Positions 48,401 to 63,400 of a stretch of DNA of 64,000 nucleotides are shown one piece after another. A program made the translations under genes and the position numbers. Numbering within the stretch: the first letter of the stretch is position 1; each line of letters begins with the position of its first letter. A model generated the notes under the pieces. The model was not told the DNA's origin. It saw only the letters and a list, made by a program, of their open reading frames with translations, and ran no database searches. Origin of the DNA: Macrostomum lignano (taxonomy: Eukaryota); contig NIVC01000685.1 in NCBI GenBank assembly GCA_002269645.1, positions 1 to 64,000 on the forward strand, in the 5' to 3' direction.

Positions 48401-51400
48401 GACAACAAAAACTGAAGGTCAGACAACAAAGGCTGACGATCAGACAACAAAAACTGAAGGTCAGACAACAAAGGCTGACGATCAGACAACAAAGGCTGAC
48501 GATCAGACGACAAAGGCTGACGACCAGACAACAAAGGCTGACGACCAGACAACAAAGGCTGACGATCAGACAACAAAAACTGAAGGTCAGACAACAAAAA
48601 CTGAAGGTCAGGCAACAAAAACTGAAGGTCAGACAACAAAGGCTGACGATCAGACAACAAAGGCTGACGACCAGACAACAAAGGCTGACGATCAGACAAC
48701 AAAAACTGAAGGTCAGACAACAGAGGCTGACGATCAGACAACAAAAACTGAAGGTCAGACAACAAAGGCTGACGATCAGACAACAAAGGCTGACGATCAG
48801 ACAACAAAGGCTGACGGTCAGACAACAAAAACTGAAGGTCAGACAACAAAAACTGAAGGTCAGACAACAAAGGTTGACGATCAGACGACAAAGGCTGACG
48901 ACCAGACAACAAAGGCTGACGATCAGACAACAAAGGCTGACGATCAGACAACAAAGGCTGACGATCAGACAACAAAGGCTGACGATCAGACAACAAAGGC
49001 TGACGATCAGACAAAAAAAACTGAAGGTCAGACAACAAAAACTGAAGATCAGACAACAAGAACTGAAGGTCAGACAACAGAAACTGAAGGTCGGACAACA
49101 AAGGTTGACGATCAGACAACAAAGGCTGACGACCAGACAACAAAGGCTGACGATCAGACAACAAAAACTGAAGGTCAGACAACAAAGGCTGACGATCAGA
49201 CAACAAAGGCTGACGATCAGACAACAAAGGCTGACGATCAGACAATAAAAGCTGACGATCGACAATAAAGGCTGACGACCAGACAAAAAAAACTGAAGGT
49301 CAGACAACAAAAACTGAAGGTCAGACAACAAAGGTTGACGATCAGACGACAAAGGCTGACGATCAGACAACAAAGGCTGACGACCAGACAACAAAGGCTG
49401 AAGGTCAGACAACAAAAACTGAAGGTCAGACAACAAAAACTGAAGGTCAGACAACAAAAACTGAAGGTCAGACAACAAAAACTGAAGGTCAGACAACAAA
49501 GGCTGACGACCAGACAACAAAAACTGAAGGTCAGACAACAAAGGCTGACGATCAGACAACAAAAACTGAAGGTCAGACAACAAAGGCTGACGATCAGACA
49601 ACAAAGGCTGACGACCAGACAACAAAGGCTGACGATCAGACAACAAAAACTGAAGGTCAGACAACAGAGGCTGACGATCAGACAACAAAAACTGAAGGTC
49701 GACAACAAAAACTGAAGGTCAGACAACAAAGGCTGAAGGTCAGACAACAAAAACTGAAGGTCAGACAACAAAAACTGAAGGTCAGACAACAAAAACTGAA
49801 GGTCAGACAACAAAGGCTGACGATCAGACAACAAAGGCTGACGATCAGACAACAAAGGCTGACGATCAGACAACAAAGGCTGACGATCAGACAACAAAGG
49901 CTGACGATCAGACAACAAAAACTGAAGGTCAGACAACAAAAACTGAAGGTCAGACAACAAAGGCTGACGATCAGGCAACAAAGGCTGACGATCAGACAAC
50001 AAAGGCTGACGATCAGACAACAAAAACTGAAGGTCAGACAACAGAGGCTGACGATAAGACAACAAAAACTGAAGTTCAGACAACAAAAACTGAAGGTCAG
50101 ACAACAAAGGTTGACGATCAGACAACAAAGGCTGACGATCAGACAAAAAAAACTGAAGGTCAGACAACAAAAACTGAAGATCAGACAACAAGAACTGAAG
50201 GTCAGACAACAGAAACTGAAGGTCGGACAACAAAGGTTGACGATCAGACAACAAAGGCTGACGACCAGACAACAAAGGCTGACGATCAGACAACAAAAAC
50301 TGAAGGTCAGACAACAAAGGCTGACGATCAGACAACAAAGGCTGACGATCAGACAACAAAGGCTGACGATCAGACAATAAAAGCTGACGATCGGACAATA
50401 AAGGCTGACGACCAGACAAAAAAAACTGAAGGTCAGACAACAAAAACTGAAGGTCAGACAACAAAGGTTGACGATCAGACGACAAAGGCTGACGATCAGA
50501 CAACAAAGGCTGACGACCAGACAACAAAGGCTGAAGGTCAGACAACAAAAACTGAAGGTCAGACAACAAAAACTGAAGGTCAGACAACAAAAACTGAAGG
50601 TCAGACAACAAAAACTGAAGGTCAGACAACAAAAACTGAAGGTCAGACAACAAAGGCTGACGACCAGACAACAAAAACTGAAGGTCAGACAACAAAGGCT
50701 GACGATCAGACAACAAAAACTGAAGGTCAGACAACAAAGGCTGACGATCAGACAACAAAGGCTGACGACCAGACAACAAAGGCTGACGATCAGACAACAA
50801 AAACTGAAGGTCAGACAACAGAGGCTGACGATCAGACAACAAAAACTGAAGGTCGGACAACAAAAACTGAAGGTCAGACAACAAAGGCTGAAGGTCAGAC
50901 AACAAAAACTGAAGGTCAGACAACAAAAACTGAAGGTCAGACAACAAAAACTGAAGGTCAGACAACAAAAACTGAAGGTCAGACAACAAAAACTGAAGGT
51001 CAGACAACAAAGGCTGACGATCAGACAACAAAGGCTGACGATCAGACAACAAAGGCTGACGATCAGACAACAAAGGCTGACGATCAGACAACAAAAACTG
51101 AAGATCAGACAACAAAAACTGAAGGTCAGACAACAAAGGCTGACGATCAGGCAACAAAGGCTGACGATCAGACAACAAAGGCTGACGATCAGACAACAAA
51201 AACTGAAGGTCAGACAACAGAGGCTGACGATCAGACAACAAAAACTGAAGTTCAGACAACAAAAACTGAAGGTCAGACAACAAAGGTTGACGATCAGACA
51301 ACAAAGGCTGACGACAAGACAACAAAGGCTGACGATCAGACAACAAAAACTGAAGGTCAGACAACAAAGGCTGACGATCAGACAACAAAAACTGAAGGTC

Positions 51401-54400
51401 AGACAACAAAGGCTGACGATCAGACAACAAAGGCTGACGATCAGACGACAAAGGCTGACGACCAGACAACAAAGGCTGACGACCAGACAACAAAGGCTGA
51501 CGATCAGACAACAAAAACTGAAGGTCAGACAACAAAAACTGAAGGTCAGGCAACAAAAACTGAAGGTCAGACAACAAAGGCTGACGATCAGACAACAAAG
51601 GCTGACGACCAGACAACAAAGGCTGACGATCAGACAACAAAAACTGAAGGTCAGACAACAGAGGCTGACGATCAGACAACAAAAACTGAAGGTCAGACAA
51701 CAAAGGCTGACGATCAGACAACAAAGGCTGACGATCAGACAACAAAAACTGAAGGTCAGACAACAGAGGCTGACGATCAGACAACAAAAACTGAAGGTCG
51801 GACAACAAAAACTGAAGGTCAGACAACAAAGGCTGAAGGTCAGACAACAAAAACTGAAGGTCAGACAACAAAAACTGAAGGTCAGACAACAAAAACTGAA
51901 GGTCAGACAACAAAAACTGAAGGTCAGACAACAAAAACTGAAGGTCAGACAACAAAGGCTGACGATCAGACAACAAAGGCTGACGATCAGACAACAAAGG
52001 CTGACGATCAGACAACAAAGGCTGACGATCAGACAACAAAAACTGAAGATCAGACAACAAAAACTGAAGGTCAGACAACAAAGGCTGACGATCAGGCAAC
52101 AAAGGCTGACGATCAGACAACAAAGGCTGACGATCAGACAACAAAAACTGAAGGTCAGACAACAGAGGCTGACGATCAGACAACAAAAACTGAAGTTCAG
52201 ACAACAAAAACTGAAGGTCAGACGACAAAGGCTGACGACCAGACAACAAAGGCTGACGACCAGACAACAAAGGCTGACGATCAGACAACAAAAACTGAAG
52301 GTCAGACAACAAAAACTGAAGGTCAGGCAACAAAAACTGAAGGTCAGACAACAAAGGCTGACGATCAGACAACAAAGGCTGACGACCAGACAACAAAGGC
52401 TGACGATCAGACAACAAAAACTGAAGGTCAGACAACAGAGGCTGACGATCAGACAACAAAAACTGAAGGTCAGACAACAAAGGCTGACGATCAGACAACA
52501 AAGGCTGACGGTCAGACAACAAAAACTGAAGGTCAGACAACAAAAACTGAAGGTCAGACAACAAAGGTTGACGATCAGACAACAAAGGCTGACGACCAGA
52601 CAACAAAGGCTGACGATCAGACAACAAAAACTGAAGGTCAGACAACAAAGGCTGACGATCAGACAACAAAGGCTGACGATCAGACAACAAAGGCTGACGA
52701 TCAGACAAAAAAGCTGACGATCAGACAATAAAGGCTGACGACCAGACAACAAAAACTGAAGGTCAGACAACAGAGGCTGACGATCAGACAACAAAAACTG
52801 AAGTTCAGACAACAAAAACTGAAGGTCAGACTACAAAGGTTGACGATCAGACAACAAAGGCTGACGACAAGACAACAAAGGCTGACGATCAGACAACAAA
52901 AACTGAAGGTCAGACAACAAAGGCTGACGATCAGACAACAAAAACTGAAGGTCAGACAACAAAGGCTGACGATCAGACAACAAAGGCTGACGATCAGACG
53001 ACAAAGGCTGACGACCAGACAACAAAGGCTGACGACCAGACAACAAAGGCTGACGATCAGACAACAAAAACTGAAGGTCAGACAACAAAAACTGAAGGTC
53101 AGGCAACAAAAACTGAAGGTCAGACAACAAAGGCTGACGATCAGACAACAAAGGCTGACGACCAGACAACAAAGGCTGACGATCAGACAACAAAAACTGA
53201 AGGTCAGACAACAGAGGCTGACGATCAGACAACAAAAACTGAAGGTCAGACAACAAAGGCTGACGATCAGACAACAAAGGCTGACGATCAGACAACAAAG
53301 GCTGACGATCAGACAACAAAGGCTGACGGTCAGACAACAAAAACTGAAGGTCAGACAACAAAAACTGAAGGTCAGACAACAAAGGCTGACGACCAGACAA
53401 CAAAAACTGAAGGTCAGACAACAAAGGCTGACGATCAGACAACAAAAACTGAAGGTCAGACAACAAAGGCTGACGATCAGACAACAAAGGCTGACGACCA
53501 GACAACAAAGGCTGACGATCAGACAACAAAAACTGAAGGTCAGACAACAGAGGCTGACGATCAGACAACAAAAACTGAAGGTCGGACAACAAAAACTGAA
53601 GGTCAGACAACAAAGGCTGAAGGTCAGACAACAAAAACTGAAGGTCAGACAACAAAAACTGAAGGTCAGACAACAAAAACTGAAGGTCAGACAACAAAAA
53701 CTGAAGGTCAGACAACAAAAACTGAAGGTCAGACAACAAAGGCTGACGATCAGACAACAAAGGCTGACGATCAGACAACAAAGGCTGACGATCAGACAAC
53801 AAAGGCTGACGATCAGACAACAAAAACTGAAGGTCAGACAACAAAAACTGAAGGTCAGACAACAAAGGCTGACGATCAGGCAACAAAGGCTGACGATCAG
53901 ACAACAAAGGCTGACGATCAGACAACAAAAACTGAAGATCAGACAACAAGAACTGAAGGTCAGACAACAGAAACTGAAGGTCGGACAACAAAGGTTGACG
54001 ATCAGACAACAAAGGCTGACGACCAGACAACAAAGGCTGACGATCAGACAACAAAAACTGAAGGTCAGACAACAAAGGCTGACGATCAGACAACAAAGGC
54101 TGACGATCAGACAACAAAGGCTGACGATCAGACAATAAAAGCTGACGATCGGACAATAAAGGCTGACGACCAGACAAAAAAACTGAAGGTCAGACAACAA
54201 AAACTGAAGGTCAGACAACAAAGGTTGACGATCAGACGACAAAGGCTGACGATCAGACAACAAAGGCTGACGACCAGACAACAAAGGCTGAAGGTCAGAC
54301 AACAAAAACTGAAGGTCAGACAACAAAAACTGAAGGTCAGACAACAAAAACTGAAGGTCAGACAACAAAAACTGAAGGTCAGACAACAAAGGCTGACGAC

Positions 54401-57400
54401 CAGACAACAAAAACTGAAGGTCAGACAACAAAGGCTGACGATCAGACAACAAAAACTGAAGGTCAGACAACAAAGGCTGACGATCAGACAACAAAGGCTG
54501 ACGACCAGACAACAAAGGCTGACGATCAGACAACAAAAACTGAAGGTCAGACAACAAGGCTGACGATCAGACAACAAAAACTGAAGGTCAGACAACAAAA
54601 ACTGAAGGTCAGACAACAAAGGCTGAAGGTCAGACAACAAAAACTGAAGGTCAGACAACAAAAACTGAAGGTCAGACAACAAAAACTGAAGGTCAGACAA
54701 CAAAGGCTGACGATCAGACAACAAAGGCTGACGATCAGACAACAAAGGCTGACGATCAGACAACAAAGGCTGACGATCAGACAACAAAGGCTGACGATCA
54801 GACAACAAAAACTGAAGTTCAGACAACAAAAACTGAAGGTCAGACAACAAAGGTTGACGATCAGACAACAAAGGCTGACGACAGACAACAAAGGCTGACG
54901 ATCAGACAACAAAAACTGAAGGTCAGACAACAAAGGCTGACGATCAGACAACAAAAACTGAAGGTCAGACAACAAAGGCTGACGATCAGACAACAAAGGC
55001 TGACGATCAGACAACAAAGGCTGACGACAGACAACAAAGGCTGACGACCAGACAACAAAGGCTGACGATCAGACAACAAAAACTGAAGGTCAGACAACAA
55101 AAACTGAAGGTCAACAAAAACTGAAGGTCAGACAACAAAGGCTGACGATCAGACAACAAAGGCTGACGACCAGACAACAAAGGCTGACGATCAGACAACA
55201 AAAACTGAAGGTCAGACAACAAGGCTGACGATCAGACAACAAAAACTGAAGGTCAGACAACAAAGGCTGACGATCAGACAACAAAGGCTGACGTCAGACA
55301 ACAAAAACTGAAGGTCAGACAACAAAAACTGAAGGTCAGACAACAAAGGTTGACGATCAGACAACAAAGGCTGACGACCAGACAACAAAGGCTGACGATC
55401 AGACAACAAAAACTGAAGGTCAGACAACAAAGGCTGACGATCAGACAACAAAGGCTGACGATCAGACAACAAAGGCTGACGATCAGACAAAAAAGCTGAC
55501 GATCAGACAACAAAAAGGCTGACGACCAGACAACAAAAACTGAAGGTCAGACAACAAGGCTGACGATCAGACAACAAAAACTGAAGTCAGACAACAAAAA
55601 CTGAAGGTCAGACAACAAAGGCTGACGATCAGACAACAAAGGCTGACGACAGACAACAAAGGCTGACGATCAGACAACAAAAACTGAAGGTCAGACAACA
55701 AAGGCTGACGATCAGACAACAAAAACTGAAGGTCAGACAACAAAGGCTGACGATCAGACAACAAAGGCTGACGATCAGACAACAAAGGCTGACGATCAGA
55801 CAACAAAGGCTGACGATCAGACAACAAAGGCTGACGATCAGACAACAAAAACTGAAGGTCAGACAACAAAAACTGAAGGTCAGACAACAAAAACTGAAGG
55901 TCAGACAACAAAGGCTGACGATCAGACAACAAAGGCTGACGACCAGACAACAAAGGCTGACGATCAGACAACAAAAACTGAAGGTCAGACAACAAGGCTG
56001 ACGATCAGACAACAAAAACTGAAGGTCAGACAACAAAGGCTGACGATCAGACAACAAAGGCTGACGATCAGACAACAAAGGCTGACGATCAGACAACAAA
56101 GGCTGACGTCAGACAACAAAAACTGAAGGTCAGACAACAAAAACTGAAGGTCAGACAACAAAGGCTGACGATCAGACAACAAAAACTGAAGGTCAGACAA
56201 CAAAGGCTGACGATCAGACAACAAAAACTGAAGGTCAGACAACAAAGGCTGACGATCAGACAACAAAGGCTGACGACAGACAACAAAGGCTGACGATCAG
56301 ACAACAAAAACTGAAGGTCAGACAACAAGGCTGACGATCAGACAACAAAAACTGAAGGTCAGACAACAAAAACTGAAGGTCAGACAACAAAGGCTGAGGT
56401 CAGACAACAAAAACTGAAGTCAGACAACAAAAACTGAAGGTCAGACAACAAAAACTGAAGGTCAGACAACAAAAACTGAAGGTCAGACAACAAAAACTGA
56501 AGGTCAGACAACAAAGGCTGACGATCAGACAACAAAGGCTGACGATCAGACAACAAAGGCTGACGATCAGACAACAAAGGCTGACGATCAGACAACAAAA
56601 ACTGAAGGTCAGACAACAAAAACTGAAGGTCAGACAACAAAGGCTGACGATCAGACAACAAAGGCTGACGATCAGACAACAAAGGCTGACGATCAGACAA
56701 CAAAAACTGAAGGTCAGACAACAAAACTGAAGGTCAGACAACAAAACTGAAGGTCAGACAACAAAGGTGACGATCAGACAACAAAGGCTGACGACCAGAC
56801 AACAAAGGCTGACGATCAGACAACAAAAACTGAAGGTCAGACAACAAAGGCTGACGATCAGACAACAAAGGCTGACGATCAGACAACAAAGGCTGACGAT
56901 CAGACAAAAAAGCTGACGATCAGACAAAAAGGCTGACGACCAGACAAAAAAACTGAAGGTCAGACAACAAAAACTGAAGGTCAGACAACAAAGGTTGACG
57001 ATCAGACAACAAAGGCTGACGATCAGACAACAAAGGCTGACGACCAGACAACAAAGGCTGAAGGTCAGACAACAAAAACTGAAGGTCAGACAACAAAAAC
57101 TGAAGGTCAGACAACAAAAACTGAAGGTCAGACAACAAAAACTGAAGGTCAGACAACAAAGGCTGACGACCAGACAACAAAAACTGAAGGTCAGACAACA
57201 AAGGCTGACGATCAGACAACAAAAACTGAAGGTCAGACAACAAAGGCTGACGATCAGACAACAAAGGCTGACGACCAGACAACAAAGGCTGACGATCAGA
57301 CAACAAAAACTGAAGGTCAGACAACAAGGCTGACGATCAGACAACAAAAACTGAAGGTCGACAACAAAAACTGAAGGTCAGACAACAAAGGCTGAAGGTC

Positions 57401-60400
57401 AGACAACAAAAACTGAAGGTCAGACAACAAAAACTGAAGGTCAGACAACAAAAACTGAAGGTCAGACAACAAAGGCTGACGATCAGACAACAAAGGCTGA
57501 CGATCAGACAACAAAGGCTGACGATCAGACAACAAAGGCTGACGATCAGACAACAAAGGCTGACGATCAGACAACAAAAACTGAAGGTCAGACAACAAAA
57601 ACTGAAGGTCAGACAACAAAGGCTGACGATCAGACAACAAAGGCTGACGATCAGACAACAAAGGCTGACGATCAGACAACAAAAACTGAAGGTCAGACAA
57701 CAAGGCTGACGATCAGACAACAAAAACTGAAGTCAGACAACAAAAACTGAAGGTCAGACAACAAAGGCTGACGATCAGACAACAAAGGCTGACGATCAGA
57801 CAAAAAAACTGAAGGTCAGACAACAAAAACTGAAGATCAGACAACAAAACTGAAGGTCAGACAACAAAACTGAAGGTCGGACAACAAAGGCTGACGATCA
57901 GACAACAAAGGCTGACGACCAGACAACAAAGGCTGACGATCAGACAACAAAAACTGAAGGTCAGACAACAAAGGCTGACGATCAGACAACAAAGGCTGAC
58001 GATCAGACAACAAAGGCTGACGATCAGACAAAAAAGCTGACGATCGACAATAAAGGCTGACGACCAGACAAAAAAACTGAAGGTCAGACAACAAAAACTG
58101 AAGGTCAGACAACAAAGGTTGACGATCAGACAACAAAGGCTGACGATCAGACAACAAAGGCTGACGACCAGACAACAAAGGCTGAAGGTCAGACAACAAA
58201 AACTGAAGGTCAGACAACAAAAACTGAAGGTCAGACAACAAAAACTGAAGGTCAGACAACAAAAACTGAAGGTCAGACAACAAAAACTGAAGGTCAGACA
58301 ACAAAGGCTGACGACCAGACAACAAAAACTGAAGGTCAGACAACAAAGGCTGACGATCAGACAACAAAAACTGAAGGTCAGACAACAAAGGCTGACGATC
58401 AGACAACAAAGGCTGACGACCAGACAACAAAGGCTGACGATCAGACAACAAAAACTGAAGGTCAGACAACAGAGGCTGACGATCAGACAACAAAAACTGA
58501 AGGTCAGACAACAAAAACTGAAGGTCAGACAACAAAGGCTGAAGGTCAGACAACAAAAACTGAAGGTCAGACAACAAAAACTGAAGGTCAGACAACAAAA
58601 ACTGAAGGTCAGACAACAAAAACTGAAGGTCAGACAACAAAAACTGAAGGTCAGACAACAAAGGCTGACGATCAGACAACAAAGGCTGACGATCAGACAA
58701 CAAAGGCTGACGATCAGACAACAAAGGCTGACGATCAGACAACAAAAACTGAAGATCAGACAACAAAAACTGAAGGTCAGACAACAAAGGCTGACGATCA
58801 GCAACAAAGGCTGACGATCAGACAACAAAGGCTGACGATCAGACAACAAAAACTGAAGGTCAGACAACAAGGCTGACGATCAGACAACAAAAACTGAAGT
58901 CAGACAACAAAAACTGAAGGTCAGACAACAAAGGCTGACGATCAGACAACAAAGGCTGACGACAGACAACAAAGGCTGACGATCAGACAACAAAAACTGA
59001 AGGTCAGACAACAAAGGCTGACGATCAGACAACAAAAACTGAAGGTCAGACAACAAAGGCTGACGATCAGACAACAAAGGCTGACGATCAGACAACAAAG
59101 GCTGACGATCAGACAACAAAGGCTGACGACCAGACAACAAAGGCTGACGATCAGACAACAAAAACTGAAGGTCAGACAACAAAAACTGAAGGTCAGCAAC
59201 AAAAACTGAAGGTCAGACAACAAAGGCTGACGATCAGACAACAAAGGCTGACGACCAGACAACAAAGGCTGACGATCAGACAACAAAAACTGAAGGTCAG
59301 ACAACAAGGCTGACGATCAGACAACAAAAACTGAAGGTCAGACAACAAAGGCTGACGATCAGACAACAAAGGCTGACGATCAGACAACAAAAACTGAAGG
59401 TCAGACAACAAGGCTGACGATCAGACAACAAAAACTGAAGGTCAGACAACAAAAACTGAAGGTCAGACAACAAAGGCTGAAGGTCAGACAACAAAAACTG
59501 AAGGTCAGACAACAAAAACTGAAGGTCAGACAACAAAAACTGAAGGTCAGACAACAAAAACTGAAGGTCAGACAACAAAAACTGAAGGTCAGACAACAAA
59601 GGCTGACGATCAGACAACAAAGGCTGACGATCAGACAACAAAGGCTGACGATCAGACAACAAAGGCTGACGATCAGACAACAAAAACTGAAGATCAGACA
59701 ACAAAAACTGAAGGTCAGACAACAAAGGCTGACGATCAGACAACAAAGGCTGACGATCAGACAACAAAGGCTGACGATCAGACAACAAAAACTGAAGGTC
59801 AGACAACAGAGGCTGACGATCAGACAACAAAAACTGAAGTCAGACAACAAAAACTGAAGGTCAGACAACAAAGGCTGACGATCAGACAACAAAGGCTGAC
59901 GACAGACAACAAAGGCTGACGATCAGACAACAAAAACTGAAGGTCAGACAACAAAGGCTGACGATCAGACAACAAAAACTGAAGGTCAGACAACAAAGGC
60001 TGACGATCAGACAACAAAGGCTGACGATCAGACAACAAAGGCTGACGATCAGACAACAAAAACTGAAGGTCAGACAACAAAAACTGAAGGTCAGACAACA
60101 AAGGCTGACGATCAGCAACAAAGGCTGACGATCAGACAACAAAGGCTGACGATCAGACAACAAAAACTGAAGGTCAGACAACAGAGGCTGACGATCAGAC
60201 AACAAAAACTGAAGTTCAGACAACAAAAACTGAAGGTCAGACAACAAAGGCTGACGATCAGACAACAAAGGCTGACGATCAGACAACAAAGGCTGACGAT
60301 CAGACAACAAAAACTGAAGGTCAGACAACAAAGGCTGACGATCAGACAACAAAGGCTGACGATCAGACAACAAAAACTGAAGGTCAGACAACAAAGGCTG

Positions 60401-63400
60401 ACGATCAGACAACAAAGGCTGACGATCAGACAACAAAGGCTGACGATCAGACACAAAAAGCTGACGATCAGACAATAAAGGCTGACGACCAGACAACAAA
60501 AACTGAAGGTCAGACAACAGAGGCTGACGATCAGACAACAAAAACTGAAGTCAGACAACAAAAACTGAAGGTCAGAACAAAGGCTGACGATCAGACAACA
60601 AAGGCTGACGACAGACAACAAAGGCTGACGATCAGACAACAAAAACTGAAGGTCAGACAACAAAGGCTGACGATCAGACAACAAAAACTGAAGGTCAGAC
60701 AACAAAGGCTGACGATCAGACAACAAAGGCTGACGATCAGACAACAAAGGCTGACGACAGACAACAAAGGCTGACGACCAGACAACAAAGGCTGACGATC
60801 AGACAACAAAAACTGAAGGTCAGACAACAAAAACTGAAGGTCAGCAACAAAAACTGAAGGTCAGACAACAAAGGCTGACGATCAGACAACAAAGGCTGAC
60901 GACCAGACAACAAAGGCTGACGATCAGACAACAAAAACTGAAGGTCAGACAACAAAGGCTGACGATCAGACAACAAAAACTGAAGGTCAGACAACAAAGG
61001 CTGACGATCAGACAACAAAGGCTGACGATCAGACAACAAAGGCTGACGATCAGACAACAAAGGCTGACGGTCAGACAACAAAAACTGAAGGTCAGACAAC
61101 AAAAACTGAAGGTCAGACAACAAAGGCTGACGTCAGACAACAAAAACTGAAGGTCAGACAACAAAGGCTGACGATCAGACAACAAAAACTGAAGGTCAGA
61201 CAACAAAGGCTGACGATCAGACAACAAAGGCTGACGACAGACAACAAAGGCTGACGATCAGACAACAAAAACTGAAGGTCAGACAACAAGGCTGACGATC
61301 AGACAACAAAAACTGAAGGTCGGACAACAAAAACTGAAGGTCAGACAACAAAGGCTGAAGGTCAGACAACAAAACTGAAGGTCAGACAACAAAAACTGAA
61401 GGTCAGACAACAAAAACTGAAGGTCAGACAACAAAAACTGAAGGTCAGACAACAAAAACTGAAGGTCAGACAACAAAGGCTGACGATCAGACAACAAAGG
61501 CTGACGATCAGACAACAAAGGCTGACGATCAGACAACAAAGGCTGACGATCAGACAACAAAAACTGAAGGTCAGACAACAAAAACTGAAGGTCAGACAAC
61601 AAAGGCTGACGATCAGACAACAAAGGCTGACGATCAGACAACAAAGGCTGACGATCAGACAACAAAAACTGAAGGTCAGACAACAAGGCTGACGATCAGA
61701 CAACAAAAACTGAAGTCAGACAACAAAAACTGAAGGTCAGACAACAAAGGTGACGATCAGACAACAAAGGCTGACGACAGACAACAAAGGCTGACGATCA
61801 GACAACAAAAACTGAAGGTCAGACAACAAAGGCTGACGATCAGACAACAAAAACTGAAGGTCAGACAACAAAGGCTGACGATCAGACAACAAAAACTGAA
61901 GGTCAGACAACAAAGGCTGACGATCAGACAACAAAGGCTGACGATCAGACAACAAAGGCTGACGATCAGACAACAAAGGCTGACGACAGACAACAAAGGC
62001 TGACGATCAGACAACAAAAACTGAAGGTCAGACAACAAAAACTGAAGGTCAGGCAACAAAAACTGAAGGTCAGACAACAAAGGCTGACGATCAGACAACA
62101 AAAACTGAAGGTCAGACAACAAAGGCTGACGATCAGACAACAAAAACTGAAGGTCAGACAACAAAGGCTGACGATCAGACAACAAAGGCTGACGATCAGA
62201 CAACAAAGGCTGACGATCAGACAACAAAGGCTGACGGTCAGACAACAAAAACTGAAGGTCAGACAACAAAAACTGAAGGTCAGACAACAAAGGTGACGAT
62301 CAGACAACAAAGGCTGACGACCAGACAACAAAGGCTGACGATCAGACAACAAAGGCTGACGATCAGACAACAAAGGCTGACGATCAGACAACAAAGGCTG
62401 ACGATCAGACAACAAAGGCTGACGATCAGACAAAAAAAACTGAAGGTCAGACAACAAAAACTGAAGATCAGACAACAAAACTGAAGGTCAGACAACAAAA
62501 CTGAAGTCGGACAACAAAGGTTGACGATCAGACAACAAAGGCTGACGACCAGACAACAAAGGCTGACGATCAGACAACAAAAACTGAAGGTCAGACAACA
62601 AAGGCTGACGATCAGACAACAAAGGCTGACGATCAGACAACAAAGGCTGACGATCAGACAATAAAAGCTGACGATCAGACAATAAAGGCTGACGACCAGA
62701 CAAAAAAACTGAAGGTCAGACAACAAAAACTGAAGGTCAGACAACAAAGGTTGACGATCAGACGACAAAGGCTGACGATCAGACAACAAAGGCTGACGAC
62801 CAGACAACAAAGGCTGAAGGTCAGACAACAAAAACTGAAGGTCAGACAACAAAAACTGAAGGTCAGACAACAAAAACTGAAGGTCAGACAACAAAAACTA
62901 AAGGTCAGACAACAAAAACTGAAGGTCAGACAACAAAGGCTGACGATCAGACAACAAAAACTGAAGGTCAGACAACAAAGGCTGACGATCAGACAACAAA
63001 AACTGAAGGTCAGACAACAAAGGCTGACGATCAGACAACAAAGGCTGACGACCAGACAACAAAGGCTGACGATCAGACAACAAAAACTGAAGGTCAGACA
63101 ACAAGGCTGACGATCAGACAACAAAAACTGAAGGTCGGACAACAAAAACTGAAGGTCAGACAACAAAGGCTGAAGGTCAGACAACAAAAACTGAAGGTCA
63201 GACAACAAAAACTGAAGGTCAGACAACAAAAACTGAAGGTCAGACAACAAAGGCTGACGATCAGACAACAAAGGCTGACGATCAGACAACAAAGGCTGAC
63301 GATCAGACAACAAAGGCTGACGATCAGACAACAAAAACTGAAGGTCAGACAACAAAAACTGAAGGTCAGACAACAAAGGCTGACGATCAGGCAACAAAGG